Shown: one piece after another, positions 1-10,054 of the stretch
Layout: every line of letters begins with the position of its first letter
Numbering within the stretch: the stretch's first letter is position 1
From: Clostridia bacterium
GTDB taxonomy: Bacteria; Bacillota; Clostridia; Christensenellales; CAG-138
Direction of reading: 5' to 3'
Length of the DNA stretch: 44,878 nucleotides
Assembly: GCA_033813015.1 (NCBI GenBank)
Contig: JAPXSN010000003.1
Span: 1 to 44,878, forward strand
The notes under the pieces: model-generated
Databases searched by the model: none
Told to the model about the DNA's origin: nothing
Seen by the model: only the letters and a program-made list of their open reading frames with translations
Position numbers and translations under genes: made by a program

Positions 1-1
1 G

Positions 2-1135
2 TACAGGATCATCGACTTTCCGCTCTCAAACTGCGTGAACAGCGACATCGACACGGTCGGCGTGCTCACGCAGTATGAGCCGCTCGAGCTCAACGGGTAC
101 CTCGGCAACGGCAGCGCATGGGACCTTGACCGCAACACCGGCGGCGTCTATGTGCTCCCGCCCTACGTCAAGGGCAGCCGGGGCGAATGGTATTCCGGCA
201 CGGCCAACGCCATTTTCCAGAACCTCGCCTTCATCGAGCGCTATTGCCCGGATTTCGTGCTCGTGCTCTCGGGCGACCACATCTACAAGATGGACTACGC
301 GGCCATGCTGCGCCACCACATAGAGCGGCAGGCGGACGCGACCATCGCCGTGTTCGAGGTGCCCATCGAGGAGGCGCACCGTTTCGGCATCATGGAGACT
401 GATGCGGAGGGCATCGTCACCAACTTCATCGAAAAGCCAAAGCAGCCCAAGAGCAACAAGGCGTCCATGGGCATCTACATCTTCACGGCCTCCGTGCTGC
501 AGCGATACCTCGTCGAGGACGATGTAAACGCGGCTTCCTCGCACGACTTCGGCAAGGACGTCATCCCCAAAATGCTGCAGGACGGCATGCGCCTTTCGAC
601 CTACGCCTTTCGCGGGTATTGGAAGGACGTCGGCACCGTCAAGAGCCTGTGGGAGGCCAACATGGATCTCATCGGCGACAAGGCACGCCTCGACCTCAAC
701 GACCGTGAGTGGCGCATTTACAGCCGAAGCCCCGTCATGCCCGCGCACTACATCGGCCCCGCCGCCTCGGCACGCTGCTCCATCGTCAGCGAGGGCTGCG
801 AAATAGACGGCTCAGTCGAAAACAGCGTGCTCTTCACGGGCGTGCGCGTGGGTCTTGGCGCGCATGTGAAGGATAGTGTACTCATGCCCGGTGCGCGCAT
901 CGGCCCGAACGCCATCGTGAATAAAGCCATCCTCGGCGAGGAAGCCATCGTCGGCGCGGGCGCGGTTTTAGGCGACGCGCGATGCGCGGACGACCCGCCC
1001 TATGATACGTCGCTCACCGGGGACATCACGCTCGTGGCGAGCGAGACCAGCATCGCCCCCTTCGCGCGCGTGCCCGCGGGCATGATCATCAACAACGACT
1101 TTACCGGGGAGGAGGACGCCGAAAATGACGGATAA
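2..1135 (+). CDS. glgC: glucose-1-phosphate adenylyltransferase, 5' end cut by window edge
   Basis: The frame is open from base 2 ([14 protein letters not shown] precedes the listed Met at 35). GlgC-like body ([33 protein letters not shown]) and a C-terminal left-handed beta-helix repeat region. Followed by glgD and glgA. Confidence 0.9.
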   Translation, partial: YRIIDFPLSNCVNSDIDTVGVLTQYEPLELNGYLGNGSAWDLDRNTGGVYVLPPYVKGSRGEWYSGTANAIFQNLAFIERYCPDFVLVLSGDHIYKMDYAAMLRHHIERQADATIAVFEVPIEEAHRFGIMETDAEGIVTNFIEKPKQPKSNKASMGIYIFTASVLQRYLVEDDVNAASSHDFGKDVIPKMLQDGMRLSTYAFRGYWKDVGTVKSLWEANMDLIGDKARLDLNDREWRIYSRSPVMPAHYIGPAASARCSIVSEGCEIDGSVENSVLFTGVRVGLGAHVKDSVLMPGARIGPNAIVNKAILGEEAIVGAGAVLGDARCADDPPYDTSLTGDITLVASETSIAPFARVPAGMIINNDFTGEEDAENDG

Positions 1136-2249
1136 CGCCTTTGGCCTCATCTACACGGGAGAATCCAATCTTCAGCTCCGTGAGCTTACCTATTCGCGCT
1201 CGGTCGCGGCGGTGCCCTTCGCGGGGCGCTACCGCTGCATCGACTTTATCCTGAGCAACCTCGTCAACACGGGCATCTCCAACGTGGGCGTCATCACGCA
1301 GAAAAACTACCACTCGCTCATGGACCATTTAGGCTCGGGCAAGGAGTGGGATTTGCACCGCAAGCGCGACGGCCTCTTCATCCTGCCGCCTTTTGTCACG
1401 CGCGACAACACGGGCATTTACAACGGCACGGTGGACGCCATACGCTCCGTGTTGGGCTATGTGCGCAGGAGCGGCCAGCGCTACGTGCTTTTGTCGGGCA
1501 GCCACATCATCTACAACATGGCCTATTCGGATATGATCGCCCAGCACATTAAAACCGGCGCGGACATCACCATACTCTACAACGATGTGACCGCCTTCGA
1601 CCGGGACGACCAGTATGACGATCTTCGCCTGATGCTCGACGAGAAGGGCCGCGTCTATGACTTGCAAATAGACCCCTACCGACCCATGACGCCGAGCCAG
1701 AGCTGCGACATGTTCGTCATGGAAAAGACGCTGCTCGAATACCTCGTGGAGGAGGCGGCCTCCCACGCGCTGACCGATTTCGTGCGCGACATACTTGTCA
1801 AGAATGTTTCGACCCTCAAGCTCTACGGCTACCGCTACGACGGCTACGTCGCGCGCATGAACTCGCTCTCAAGCTATTTCAAGCACAACATGGCCGTGCT
1901 CGACCGGGGTGTGCGAAGCGACCTGTTTAGCCCGCTTCACCCCATCTATACCAAGGTCAAGGACGAGGCTCCCGCGACCTACGGGCCGGATGCGCATGTG
2001 GCCAACTCCCTCGTGGCGGACGGCTGCATCGTCGAAGGCAGCATCGAGAACTGCGTGCTCTTCCGCGGCGTGCACATCGGCGCGGGCAGCGTGTTGAAGG
2101 ACTGCATACTCATGCAGGCGAGCGACGTAAGGGAAAACTGTTCGCTCGACCATGTGATACTCGACAAGAGCGTAACCGTGCGCAGCGGGCGCAAGCTCGC
2201 GGGGTACGAAAGCTTTCCCGTCATCATCCGAAAGGGCAGCACCATATGA
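1125..2249 (+). CDS. glgD: glucose-1-phosphate adenylyltransferase regulatory subunit GlgD
   Basis: 374-aa paralog of GlgC ([27 protein letters not shown]). Overlaps the glgC stop by 11 nt, with GGAGGAGG upstream. The glgC-glgD-glgA order is typical of Firmicutes. Confidence 0.85.
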   Translation: MTDNAFGLIYTGESNLQLRELTYSRSVAAVPFAGRYRCIDFILSNLVNTGISNVGVITQKNYHSLMDHLGSGKEWDLHRKRDGLFILPPFVTRDNTGIYNGTVDAIRSVLGYVRRSGQRYVLLSGSHIIYNMAYSDMIAQHIKTGADITILYNDVTAFDRDDQYDDLRLMLDEKGRVYDLQIDPYRPMTPSQSCDMFVMEKTLLEYLVEEAASHALTDFVRDILVKNVSTLKLYGYRYDGYVARMNSLSSYFKHNMAVLDRGVRSDLFSPLHPIYTKVKDEAPATYGPDAHVANSLVADGCIVEGSIENCVLFRGVHIGAGSVLKDCILMQASDVRENCSLDHVILDKSVTVRSGRKLAGYESFPVIIRKGSTI

Positions 2250-3709
2250 GCCAATCCGCCAAAAAGCCGAGCATCCTGTTTGCAGCAAGCGAATGCGCGC
2301 CCTTCGTCAAGACCGGTGGCCTCGCTGACGTCGCGGGCGCGCTTCCCGCGGCGCTCGCAAAGCTTGGCTACGACGTACGCGTCGCCATCCCGCTCTACAA
2401 GCAGATCCGCCGCGCGTACGGCGAGGAGCTGACCCACCTTTACGACGGCAAAATCCGCCTTGGCTGGCGCGAGCAGTTCCTCGGCGTGGAAGCACTTGTG
2501 CGCGACGGCGTCGCCTATTACTTCATAGACAACGAATTCTACTTCGGTCGGGACAACATCTACGGCGTGTTCAACTGCGATGAGGCGGAGCGCTTCGGCT
2601 TCTTCTCCAAGGCCGTCGTCGAGCTCATGGCGCGCCTGAGCTTTTACCCGGACATCGTGCATCTCAACGACTGGCAGACGGGCATGGCCGCGGCGCTGCT
2701 CAAAACACAGTACGCACACATCCCCGAATTTGCGCGCATCCGGACGCTGTTCACCATCCACAACCTGCGCTTCCAGGGCGTGTTCGACCGCGGCTTTGCG
2801 GATGAGCTTCTCTCCCTCGGGCCCATCGCCTTCGACCCGGACGCACTCGAATACTGCGGATGCGTCAGCTACATGAAGGGCGGCCTTGCGTTTGCGGACG
2901 CCATCAACACCGTGAGTCCGACCTACGCGCGCGAGATTCAGACGAGCTTCTTTGGCGAAACGCTCGACGGTATCCTTCGCGCGCGCGCCGGACGCCTCAC
3001 GGGCATCCTCAACGGCATCGACACCAAGGAATACGATCCCGCGACGGACAAGGCGCTCCCCGCGAACTTCTCGGTTGACGACATGGCGGGCAAAGCGCTG
3101 TGCAAGGCCGCGCTCCAAAAGGAGCTCGGACTTGAGGAAGACCCGAAAGCGCCGCTTCTCGCCATCGTTTCCCGCCTGACCTCGCAGAAGGGCTTCGACC
3201 TCGTCGAGCGCGTGCTTTTTGAGATGATGGAAAAGCCCGTTCAGCTCGCGGTGCTCGGCACGGGCGAGGCGCACTACGAGGGCTTCTTCAATTGGGTGCA
3301 GAAGCGCTTCCCCGGGCGCGCCGCCGCGCACATCGCATACAACGAAAGCCTCGCGCGGCGCATCTACGCGGGCGCGGACATGTTCCTGATGCCCTCGCTC
3401 TTCGAGCCCTGCGGCCTTGCGCAACTCATCGCCATGCGCTACGGGACCGTCCCCATCGTGCGCGAAACCGGCGGCCTTAAGGACAGCGTCAAATGCTACA
3501 ATAAATACGAGGACACGGGCACCGGCTTCTCCTTCCTCAACTACAACGCGCACGAGCTTCTCTACACCGTGCAGCACGCGGTCGATTACTTCCTGGAGGA
3601 TCCCGCGCTCTGGGCGCGTCTCGTCGCGCGCGCGATGCGGGAGAACTTTTCGTGGGACAAGCGCGCGAAGGAGTACGAGGAGCTGTACGCGTGGCTCGCA
3701 AATAATTGA
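2246..3709 (+). CDS. glgA: glycogen synthase (ADP-glucose type)
   Basis: N-terminal FAASECAPFVKTGGLADVAGALP signature and a GT5/GT1 C-terminal half (PSLFEPCGLAQLIAMRYGTVPIVRETGGLKDSV). Its ATGA overlaps the glgD stop. Confidence 0.93.
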   Translation: MSQSAKKPSILFAASECAPFVKTGGLADVAGALPAALAKLGYDVRVAIPLYKQIRRAYGEELTHLYDGKIRLGWREQFLGVEALVRDGVAYYFIDNEFYFGRDNIYGVFNCDEAERFGFFSKAVVELMARLSFYPDIVHLNDWQTGMAAALLKTQYAHIPEFARIRTLFTIHNLRFQGVFDRGFADELLSLGPIAFDPDALEYCGCVSYMKGGLAFADAINTVSPTYAREIQTSFFGETLDGILRARAGRLTGILNGIDTKEYDPATDKALPANFSVDDMAGKALCKAALQKELGLEEDPKAPLLAIVSRLTSQKGFDLVERVLFEMMEKPVQLAVLGTGEAHYEGFFNWVQKRFPGRAAAHIAYNESLARRIYAGADMFLMPSLFEPCGLAQLIAMRYGTVPIVRETGGLKDSVKCYNKYEDTGTGFSFLNYNAHELLYTVQHAVDYFLEDPALWARLVARAMRENFSWDKRAKEYEELYAWLANN

Positions 3710-3809
3710 TAATTGACAATTGACAATTAAAGGACGCCGCCGCGGCGGGGATGGAATCATTGACAATCGAGGGGACGATTGGAGAAGGCGGGCGGATGAT
3801 ATCCGCCCC
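3705..3809 (+). repeat. intergenic heptad-array/GC-hairpin element, copy A (compound)
   Basis: ATTGATA ATTGACA ATTGACA AT, then TAAAGGACG-CCGCCGCGGCGG (12-nt palindrome). A second partial unit follows (ATTGACA ATCGAGGGGACG), then the hairpin GGGCGGAT-GAT-ATCCGCCC. The glgA TGA stop (3707-3709) lies inside the first heptad. Confidence 0.8.
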
Positions 3810-3836
3810 TGCAACGGGATATATACCTCCTAAAAA

Positions 3837-3871
3837 TAGTTATTCGCCATTCATTATTAGCTATTAGTTAT
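3837..3871 (+). repeat. AT-rich heptad-phased repeat, family 2, copy 1
   Basis: TAGTTAT TCGCCAT TCATTAT TAGCTAT TAGTTAT, directly upstream of the glpK RBS. About 30/35 identical by eye to 43626-43660. Confidence 0.7.
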
Positions 3872-3884
3872 AACCGGAGGTTAT

Positions 3885-5375
3885 ATGAAATACGTCATGG
3901 CTTTGGACGCGGGTACGACCAGCAACCGCGCGATGCTCTTCGACGCGAATGGCCGCGCCGTAAGCTGTGCGCACAACGAGTTCCCGCAAATCTACCCCAA
4001 GCCCGGCTGGGTCGAGCACGACGCGATGGAAATCTGGGCGACGCAGTTCGGGGCGGCGCGCGAAGCCATGGCGCGCGTGAACGCGCGGGCCGAGGACATC
4101 GCGGCCATAGGCATCGCCAACCAGCGCGAAACGACCGTCGTGTGGGATAAACAGACCGGCGAGCCGGTGTGCAACGCCATCGTCTGGCAATGCCGGAGGA
4201 CGGCGGAATACTGCGATTCGCTCAAGGCGCGCGGCCTTGCGGAGTGGTTCCGAGGCAAAACGGGCCTGATGCTCGACGCATATTTTTCCGGCACCAAGCT
4301 CAAGTGGATGCTCGATCACATGCCCGGCGCAAGGGAGCGCGCAAAGCGCGGGGAACTGCTCTTTGGCACTGTGGACTCGTGGCTCATCTACAAGCTCACG
4401 GGCGGCCGTGCGCACGTGACGGATTATTCCAACGCCTCGCGCACGCTTCTTTTCAACATATACGCGCTCGACTGGGACGATGAAATACTCGCGGAGTTTG
4501 ACATTCCCCGGGAAATGTTGCCCAAGGTGCTGCCCTCGAGCCAACTCTATGCCCAAACCGACCCCGCGCTTTTCGGCGCGGCCATCCCTATCTGCGGCGC
4601 GGCAGGCGATCAGCAGGCCGCGCTGTTCGGGCAAAGATGCTTTTCGCCGGGCGAGGCGAAAAACACCTACGGCACGGGGTGCTTCCTTTTGATGAACACG
4701 GGGGATGTGCCTGTCGCGAGCGCGAACGGCCTTTTGACCACCATTGCATGGGGCTACGGCGGCCGCATCGAATATGCGCTCGAAGGCAGCGTGTTCATCG
4801 CGGGCGCGGCCATCCAGTGGCTCAGGGACGAGGTGCGCCTGATTTCCGCCTCGGCGGAGAGCGAAAAGCTCGCGCGGGAGGTGCCGGATACCAACGGCTG
4901 CTATGTCGTGCCCGCGTTCGTTGGCCTCGGCGCACCATATTGGGATCCTTACGCGCGCGGGGCAATCGTTGGCATCACGCGCGGGGTCAATCGAAGCCAC
5001 ATTGTGCGCGCGACGCTCGAATCCCTCGCGTACCAAACGTGCGATGTCCTGCGCGCCATGGAGGAGGATTCCGGCATCCGCCTTTTTGCGCTCAAGGCCG
5101 ACGGCGGCGCGAGCGCAAACGATTTCCTCATGCAGTTTCAGGCGGATGTCATCGAAGCGCCCGTTTTGCGCCCCAAGTGCGTCGAAACCACCGCGCTGGG
5201 CGCCGCGTATCTCGCCGGGCTCGCCTGCGGCTTTTGGAAGGACCGCGAGGAACTCGGCCGCCGCGTGCCCGAGCCGGACTGCTTCGCGCCGGACATGGAT
5301 GAGGCTATGCGCGCGCAAAAGCTCGCGGGCTGGAAGCGCGCGCTCAGATCGGCACGGGCGTGGGGCGAGGAATGA
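3885..5375 (+). CDS. glpK: glycerol kinase
   Basis: 496 aa; [54 protein letters not shown]; GGAGG RBS 6 nt upstream. Confidence 0.95.
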   Translation: MKYVMALDAGTTSNRAMLFDANGRAVSCAHNEFPQIYPKPGWVEHDAMEIWATQFGAAREAMARVNARAEDIAAIGIANQRETTVVWDKQTGEPVCNAIVWQCRRTAEYCDSLKARGLAEWFRGKTGLMLDAYFSGTKLKWMLDHMPGARERAKRGELLFGTVDSWLIYKLTGGRAHVTDYSNASRTLLFNIYALDWDDEILAEFDIPREMLPKVLPSSQLYAQTDPALFGAAIPICGAAGDQQAALFGQRCFSPGEAKNTYGTGCFLLMNTGDVPVASANGLLTTIAWGYGGRIEYALEGSVFIAGAAIQWLRDEVRLISASAESEKLAREVPDTNGCYVVPAFVGLGAPYWDPYARGAIVGITRGVNRSHIVRATLESLAYQTCDVLRAMEEDSGIRLFALKADGGASANDFLMQFQADVIEAPVLRPKCVETTALGAAYLAGLACGFWKDREELGRRVPEPDCFAPDMDEAMRAQKLAGWKRALRSARAWGEE

Positions 5376-5457
5376 TTACCAATTGATAATTGACAATTGA
5401 CAATCGGGGGAACGTCGCCTGCGGGCGGGTTTATAGGGACCGATTCCATATCGATCC
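5372..5457 (+). repeat. intergenic heptad-array/GC-hairpin element, copy B
   Basis: (ATGATTA CCA) ATTGATA ATTGACA ATTGACA ATCGGGGGAACGTCGCCTGCGGGCGGG, then the hairpin GACCGAT-TCCAT-ATCGATC. Translating it creates the spurious MTIDNRGN... N-terminus of ORF 5390. Confidence 0.8.
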
Positions 5458-5482
5458 ACACAAGAAATCGGAAGGGCGTTTC

Positions 5483-6943
5483 ATGGAAAAATACGATGTC
5501 ATCGTAATCGGCGGCGGCGTGGTGGGCTGCGCCACACTAAGAGAGCTGACGCGCTTTAAGCTCCGCGCCGCGCTCTTCGAAGGCGCACCGGACATCTGCT
5601 CCGGCCAGAGTAAAGCCAACACCGCCATCGTCCACGCGGGCTACGATGCCAAACCCGGCACCAACAAGGCGCGCTTCAACGTCATTGGCAACGCCATGTT
5701 CGACCGGCTGGCCGAAGAATTGGACGTGCCCTTCGAGCGCAACGGCTCGCTTGTGCTCGCCTTTTCCGAGGAGGGCATCCCGGAGCTTGAAAAACTCGTC
5801 TGGCGCGGCGCGACCAACGGCGTCAAGGGGCTTCGCGTCGTGCGCGGCGAGGAACTGCGCGAGATGGAGCCGAACATCAGCGAAAAAGCCGTCGCCGCTT
5901 TGTGGGCGCCCACGGGCGGCATCGTCAGCCCGTATGAGCTGACCTTTGCCTGTGCCGAAAACGCAGTTAAAAACGGCGCGGCCATCTTCCGGAACATGCC
6001 GGTCGCGGACGTAACCCGAGACGGCAGGGGGGGCTATATCCTGCGCGCGGGGGAAAGGGAAGTCGCCGCGCGCGCCGTCGTGAACTGCGCGGGCGTCCAC
6101 GCGGATGAGATCAACAACCTCGTGAGCGCGGAAAAAATCGAAATCACGCCGCGCCGCGGAGAATACTACATCGTGGATAAGAGCTACGGCAAGCTCTTCA
6201 AAAGCGCCATCTTCCAGCTCCCCACGGCCATGGGTAAGGGCGTGCTCGTCGCGCGCACGGTGGAGGATACCATTTTGCTCGGCCCCACGGCCGACGATAT
6301 CCCGGACAGGGAGGATAAGGCCACCACGGCCGCAGGTCTTGCCCGGGTGCTTGAACGCGCCGCGCTCACCTGGGAAAACATCCCGCGCCGCGGCTTCATC
6401 ACGACCTTTTCCGGCGTACGCGCGCATTGCGACAAGGATGATTTCGTGCTGGGCGAGCCCGGGGACGCGCCGCTTTTCTTCAACGCGGCGGGCATCGAGT
6501 CGCCCGGGCTTACGAGCGCGCCGGCAATCGCGGTGTATCTCGCCGAAAGCGTCGCGCAGCGCCTGCGCGCGGCGCAGAACCCCGCCTTCGATCCCGTGCG
6601 AAAGGCCATACCGGCTTTTCGCACGATGAGCGCAAACGAGCGCGCGGCAGCCATCGCCGCCAACCCGGATTACGCCAAAATAGTCTGCCGCTGCGAAAAC
6701 ATCACGGAAGCGGAAATCCGCGAGAGCATCCGCCGTCCCGTCGGCGCGCGCAGCGTGGATGGGGTCAAGTTCCGCGCGCGGGCGGGCATGGGGCGCTGTC
6801 AGAGCGGCTTTTGCCTCACGCGGGTCATGGAAATACTCGCGCAGGAGCTGGGCGTGCCGGAAACGGAAATCACAAAATTCGGCAACGGCTCGTACCTCGT
6901 GGCCGGGAGCATATTCGAGCAAAGGGAGGACGGGCGCGCATGA
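5483..6943 (+). CDS. FAD-dependent oxidoreductase, glycerol-3-phosphate dehydrogenase-like, with BFD-like [2Fe-2S] domain
   Basis: The start was moved to MEKYDVIVIGGGVVGCA (dinucleotide-binding fold) because upstream codons are the repeat element. C-terminal CRCENITEAEIRESI...GRCQSGFC is BFD-like. Sits directly after glpK. Confidence 0.85.
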   Translation: MEKYDVIVIGGGVVGCATLRELTRFKLRAALFEGAPDICSGQSKANTAIVHAGYDAKPGTNKARFNVIGNAMFDRLAEELDVPFERNGSLVLAFSEEGIPELEKLVWRGATNGVKGLRVVRGEELREMEPNISEKAVAALWAPTGGIVSPYELTFACAENAVKNGAAIFRNMPVADVTRDGRGGYILRAGEREVAARAVVNCAGVHADEINNLVSAEKIEITPRRGEYYIVDKSYGKLFKSAIFQLPTAMGKGVLVARTVEDTILLGPTADDIPDREDKATTAAGLARVLERAALTWENIPRRGFITTFSGVRAHCDKDDFVLGEPGDAPLFFNAAGIESPGLTSAPAIAVYLAESVAQRLRAAQNPAFDPVRKAIPAFRTMSANERAAAIAANPDYAKIVCRCENITEAEIRESIRRPVGARSVDGVKFRARAGMGRCQSGFCLTRVMEILAQELGVPETEITKFGNGSYLVAGSIFEQREDGRA

Positions 6944-8193
6944 GGGAGAGGCAGGTCGGCGTGCTCGTCATCGGCGGGGGCCCGGCGGGGCTCGCGGCAG
7001 GCATCGCCGCGAAAGAAGCCGGGTGCGAAAGCGTGCTCGTCATAGACCGCGAGGACGCGCCCGGCGGCATACTCAAGCAATGCATTCACAACGGCTTCGG
7101 TCTGCACACCTTCGGCGAGGAGCTGACCGGCCCCGAATACGCCGAGCGGTATATTGAAAAGGCTTACGCCGCGGGCGTGGAGATCGCGTGCGGCGCGATG
7201 GCGATCGATTTGACGGGCGATCGGGTCGTCACGGTCGTGAGCCGCGAGCGCGGGCTGGAAGCCATCCGCGCGGGGGCTGTCGTGCTCGCGATGGGCTGCC
7301 GGGAGCGGCCGCGCGGTGCGCTCGCCACGCCCGGCGACCGCTGCGCGGGCGTGTACACCGCGGGCAATGCGCAAAAGCTCGTGAATATGAAAGGGCTCAT
7401 GCCGGGAAAGCGCGTGGTCATACTCGGCTCGGGCGACATCGGCCTCATCATGGCGCGGCGCATGACCTTCATGGGGGCGCATGTGCTCGCCTGCGTGGAG
7501 CTGATGCCGTATTCGGCAGGCCTTACGCGCAACATCGTGCAGTGCCTCAACGACTTCGACATCCCGCTCCTGCTCTCGCACACGGTCGTGGACATCAAAG
7601 GCCGCGCGCGGCTTGAGGGCGTGAGCATCGCGGCGGTCGATGAAAATCTCGTCCCTATCCCCGGCACGGAGCGCGAGCTTCTCTGCGACACGCTGCTGCT
7701 TTCCGTGGGTCTTCTTCCGGAAAACGAGCTTTCCTCCATGGCGGGCGTACCCATTTCGCCCGTTACGGGCGGCGCGGAGGTGGATGAAAACCTCCAGACC
7801 GGCGCCCCCGGCGTGTTCAGCTGCGGCAACGTGCTGCACGTGCACGACCTCGTGGACTTCGTTTCCGAGCAGGCGTCGCACGCGGGCAGGAACGCCGCGC
7901 TCCATGCCGCAGGCAAGGCGCTGCTGCGCGGGACAGTCCCTGTCGAGGCGGGCTTCGGCGTGGGCGGAGTCGTGCCGCAGTTCATCACGAGGGAGCCGGA
8001 CGGCGACGTGAAGCTGATGTTCCGGCCGCGCGGGGTCTATAAAAAAGCGCGCGTGATCGTCGAGCGCGCAGGGCGCGAAATTTACTCCAAAAAGGAAATG
8101 ATACTCGTGCCGGGCGAGATGGCCGGCGTGACGCTCAAAAAGGAAGCGCTCGGCATAGGGGCTGAACCTGTGCGCGTGCGCATCGAGGTATGA
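6940..8193 (+). CDS. NAD(P)/FAD-dependent (pyridine nucleotide-disulfide family) oxidoreductase
   Basis: Start at MRERQVGVLVIGGGPAGLAAG, with an ATGA overlap of the upstream stop. A second Rossmann motif is KRVVILGSGDIGL. Second member of the clostridial glycerol-3-P oxidoreductase trio. Confidence 0.85.
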   Translation: MRERQVGVLVIGGGPAGLAAGIAAKEAGCESVLVIDREDAPGGILKQCIHNGFGLHTFGEELTGPEYAERYIEKAYAAGVEIACGAMAIDLTGDRVVTVVSRERGLEAIRAGAVVLAMGCRERPRGALATPGDRCAGVYTAGNAQKLVNMKGLMPGKRVVILGSGDIGLIMARRMTFMGAHVLACVELMPYSAGLTRNIVQCLNDFDIPLLLSHTVVDIKGRARLEGVSIAAVDENLVPIPGTERELLCDTLLLSVGLLPENELSSMAGVPISPVTGGAEVDENLQTGAPGVFSCGNVLHVHDLVDFVSEQASHAGRNAALHAAGKALLRGTVPVEAGFGVGGVVPQFITREPDGDVKLMFRPRGVYKKARVIVERAGREIYSKKEMILVPGEMAGVTLKKEALGIGAEPVRVRIEV

Positions 8194-8194
8194 C

Positions 8195-8551
8195 ATGAGG
8201 GAAGAAAAAGAGCTCGTGTGCATCAACTGCCCCATGGGCTGCCGCATGAAGGCGACGCTCGAGGACGGCGCGGTCACATCTGTGTCGGGCTTCACCTGCA
8301 AGCGCGGCGAAACCTACGCGCACGAGGAGCTCACGCACCCCGTGCGGATGGTGACGGCGCTCGTGAAGGTCCAAGCAAGGGCGCAGCCCCTGCCGGTCAA
8401 GACCGACCGGCCCATCGACAAGGCTCTCATCTTCAGCGCGCTCAAGGCGCTCAGCCATGTCAGCGTGCAGCCGCCGGTCCGCATAGGCGAGGCGGTGCTT
8501 TCGAACGTATGCGGCACATCTGTGAATTTTGTCGCCACATCGAACGCATAA
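8195..8551 (+). CDS. DUF1667 domain protein
   Basis: 118 aa; KELVCINCPMGCRMK...FTCKRGETYAHEE pattern typical of DUF1667; third gene of the trio. Confidence 0.8.
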   Translation: MREEKELVCINCPMGCRMKATLEDGAVTSVSGFTCKRGETYAHEELTHPVRMVTALVKVQARAQPLPVKTDRPIDKALIFSALKALSHVSVQPPVRIGEAVLSNVCGTSVNFVATSNA

Positions 8552-8586
8552 CGCGGTAAAACCGAAACATTACACTGCAACATCCC

Positions 8587-8615
8587 TTGTAAGGAAAAGA
8601 ATGTTATTATAGAAT
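8587..8615 (+). promoter_or_regulatory. sigma-A type promoter of the pilC-like operon
   Basis: TTGTAA (8587-8592), 17-nt spacer, TAGAAT (8610-8615), about 50 nt upstream of the ATG at 8665. Confidence 0.5.
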
Positions 8616-8664
8616 AGTAATTGGACTTACCGTAAACCGGACGACCCGCGAAGGGAGGCGGCAT

Positions 8665-9708
8665 ATGGCGAACAAAAGCGGCGTCAGGCCCTACACTGCG
8701 CAGGAGCTTTCCGCGTTCTGCGCCGAGCTCGCTCTGGTGCTGCGCTCCGGCATGTTCCTGCCGGACGGCATGGCGGCCATGGCCAAGGAAAGCGGGGACC
8801 CGATCATCTCCAAGCTCTGCGCTGCTTTGCAGGGCGGCGGCAAGCTCGCCCCCGCGATGCGCGAAGCGGGCGCTTTTCCGTATTATATGGTGGGCATGGT
8901 GGATCTGGGCGAATCCGCGGGCAAGCTCGAGCAGGTTATGGAGGCGCTCAGCCTCTACTACGAGCGCGAGCACGCCGTGCGAAACCAAATTCGCTCCGCC
9001 GTGTTTTATCCGATGATGCTCGTGGCCATCATGATCGTTGTCATCGCGGTGCTGCTCATCCGGGTGCTGCCGGTGTTCGCCGATGTGTTCGCGGACCTCG
9101 GGGGCGCGGCGGGCGCGGTTTCCCCGGAAATCGCGGGGTTTGGCGAAATCGCAGGCTACCTCGCGCTCGCGCTCGCGGCGCTGATGCTCGCCTTCTGCGT
9201 CCACCTTTCCGTACGGCTACGCTCCGCCTCGGGTTACGCCGCGCTCATGCGCGGCCTCGCGCGCATCGGCTTCACGCGAAAGCTCGCGGAAAAAATCGCC
9301 GCTGGCCGCTTTGCCTTCGCGCTCTCCATGCTGCTCGAGAGCGGATATGCGCTAGACGACGCGCTCGCCAAGCTCCCTTCCATCGTGGATAACGACAGGG
9401 CGGGCGCGCAGATACTCGCCTGCCGCGAGGCCATGGCCCAGGGCGCTTCCTTCTCCAAGGCCGTCGAGGAAAGCGGCCTTTTCCCCGGCATGTATGCGCA
9501 CATACTCGGCGTGGGTTTCCGCGCGGGCGCGCTCGAGCGCGTGAGCGCGAAGGTCGCCGCCATCTACGAGGAGGAGATAGACCGCTCTATCTCCCGGCTC
9601 GTGGGCATCATAGAGCCCGCGCTCGTGGCGATGCTGTGCGTCATCATAGGGGCAATACTGCTCTCGGTGACGCTGCCCTTGATGGACATCATGGCCGGCA
9701 TCGGCTGA
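8665..9708 (+). CDS. type II secretion/type IV pilus platform protein (GspF/PilC family)
   Basis: 347 aa. Two T2SSF-like halves (FPYYMVGMVDLGESAGKLEQVMEALSLYYE and FPGMYAHILGVGFRAGALERVSAKVAAIYEEE), each followed by TM segments. GGGAGG RBS. Confidence 0.85.
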   Translation: MANKSGVRPYTAQELSAFCAELALVLRSGMFLPDGMAAMAKESGDPIISKLCAALQGGGKLAPAMREAGAFPYYMVGMVDLGESAGKLEQVMEALSLYYEREHAVRNQIRSAVFYPMMLVAIMIVVIAVLLIRVLPVFADVFADLGGAAGAVSPEIAGFGEIAGYLALALAALMLAFCVHLSVRLRSASGYAALMRGLARIGFTRKLAEKIAAGRFAFALSMLLESGYALDDALAKLPSIVDNDRAGAQILACREAMAQGASFSKAVEESGLFPGMYAHILGVGFRAGALERVSAKVAAIYEEEIDRSISRLVGIIEPALVAMLCVIIGAILLSVTLPLMDIMAGIG

Positions 9709-9719
9709 TTGGGGCGGTT

Positions 9720-10049
9720 ATGGCGCGGCGCATCGCAAAAAAAAATGCCTTTCTTCCGTGGTGGAGCGGGCTTCTTGTCACGGCGGCGGTCTTCACCATC
9801 TGCCTGACGCTGATGCTCTACGGCATCGAGCGCACGCGTCTGGGCGTGGCGCAAAAGGAGCTTGCGCTCGTCGAGCGCGCGGTCAACCGCGCGGTGGTTT
9901 CCTGCTACGCCATGGAAGGCTTCTACCCGCCGAGCATCGACTATCTCGTTGAAAACTACGGCCTTGAGGTCGACCGAACCAAGTATTATATCCACCACGA
10001 GGCCTTCGCCTCGAACGTCTACCCGACCATCTGGGTCGCGAGGAGGTGA
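9720..10049 (+). CDS. small membrane-anchored protein of the pilus-like operon (function unknown)
   Basis: 109 aa; basic N-terminus (MARRIAKKN) plus one TM segment; no G-F-T-L-x-E prepilin motif; 11 nt after the pilC-like stop. Confidence 0.6.
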   Translation: MARRIAKKNAFLPWWSGLLVTAAVFTICLTLMLYGIERTRLGVAQKELALVERAVNRAVVSCYAMEGFYPPSIDYLVENYGLEVDRTKYYIHHEAFASNVYPTIWVARR

Positions 10050-10054
10050 CGCGC

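Noticed and set aside
3705-3727. Whether the short tandem arrays (ATTGACA x3-4, TATTCAC-type heptads) could be a CRISPR array.
   Set aside because: The period is 7 nt with no spacers, there are only 3-5 units, no cas genes are present, and the copies are dispersed rather than forming a single array.
1979-3814. Very long ORFs antisense to, or out of frame with, annotated genes (e.g. 1979-3814 -, 3864-5318 -, 5537-6922 -, 6799-8301 -, 11767-13554 -, 16344-19667 +, 30258-31184 -, 36124-37131 -, 38756-40039 -).
   Set aside because: Their translations are Arg/Ala/Gly/His-rich and low in complexity, with no recognisable motifs, and each is shadowed by a well-supported gene on the other strand or frame. 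Long spurious ORFs are expected in GC-rich DNA because stop codons are AT-rich.
5390-5482. N-terminal extensions MTIDNRGNVACG... (ORF 5390) and MTIDNQGNAAAGG... (ORF ending 29632), which look like a conserved peptide.
   Set aside because: The similarity arises from translating the ATTGACA-array/GC-palindrome repeat element. Both genes have better internal starts with an RBS (5483 and 29554) at the point where the recognisable protein family begins.
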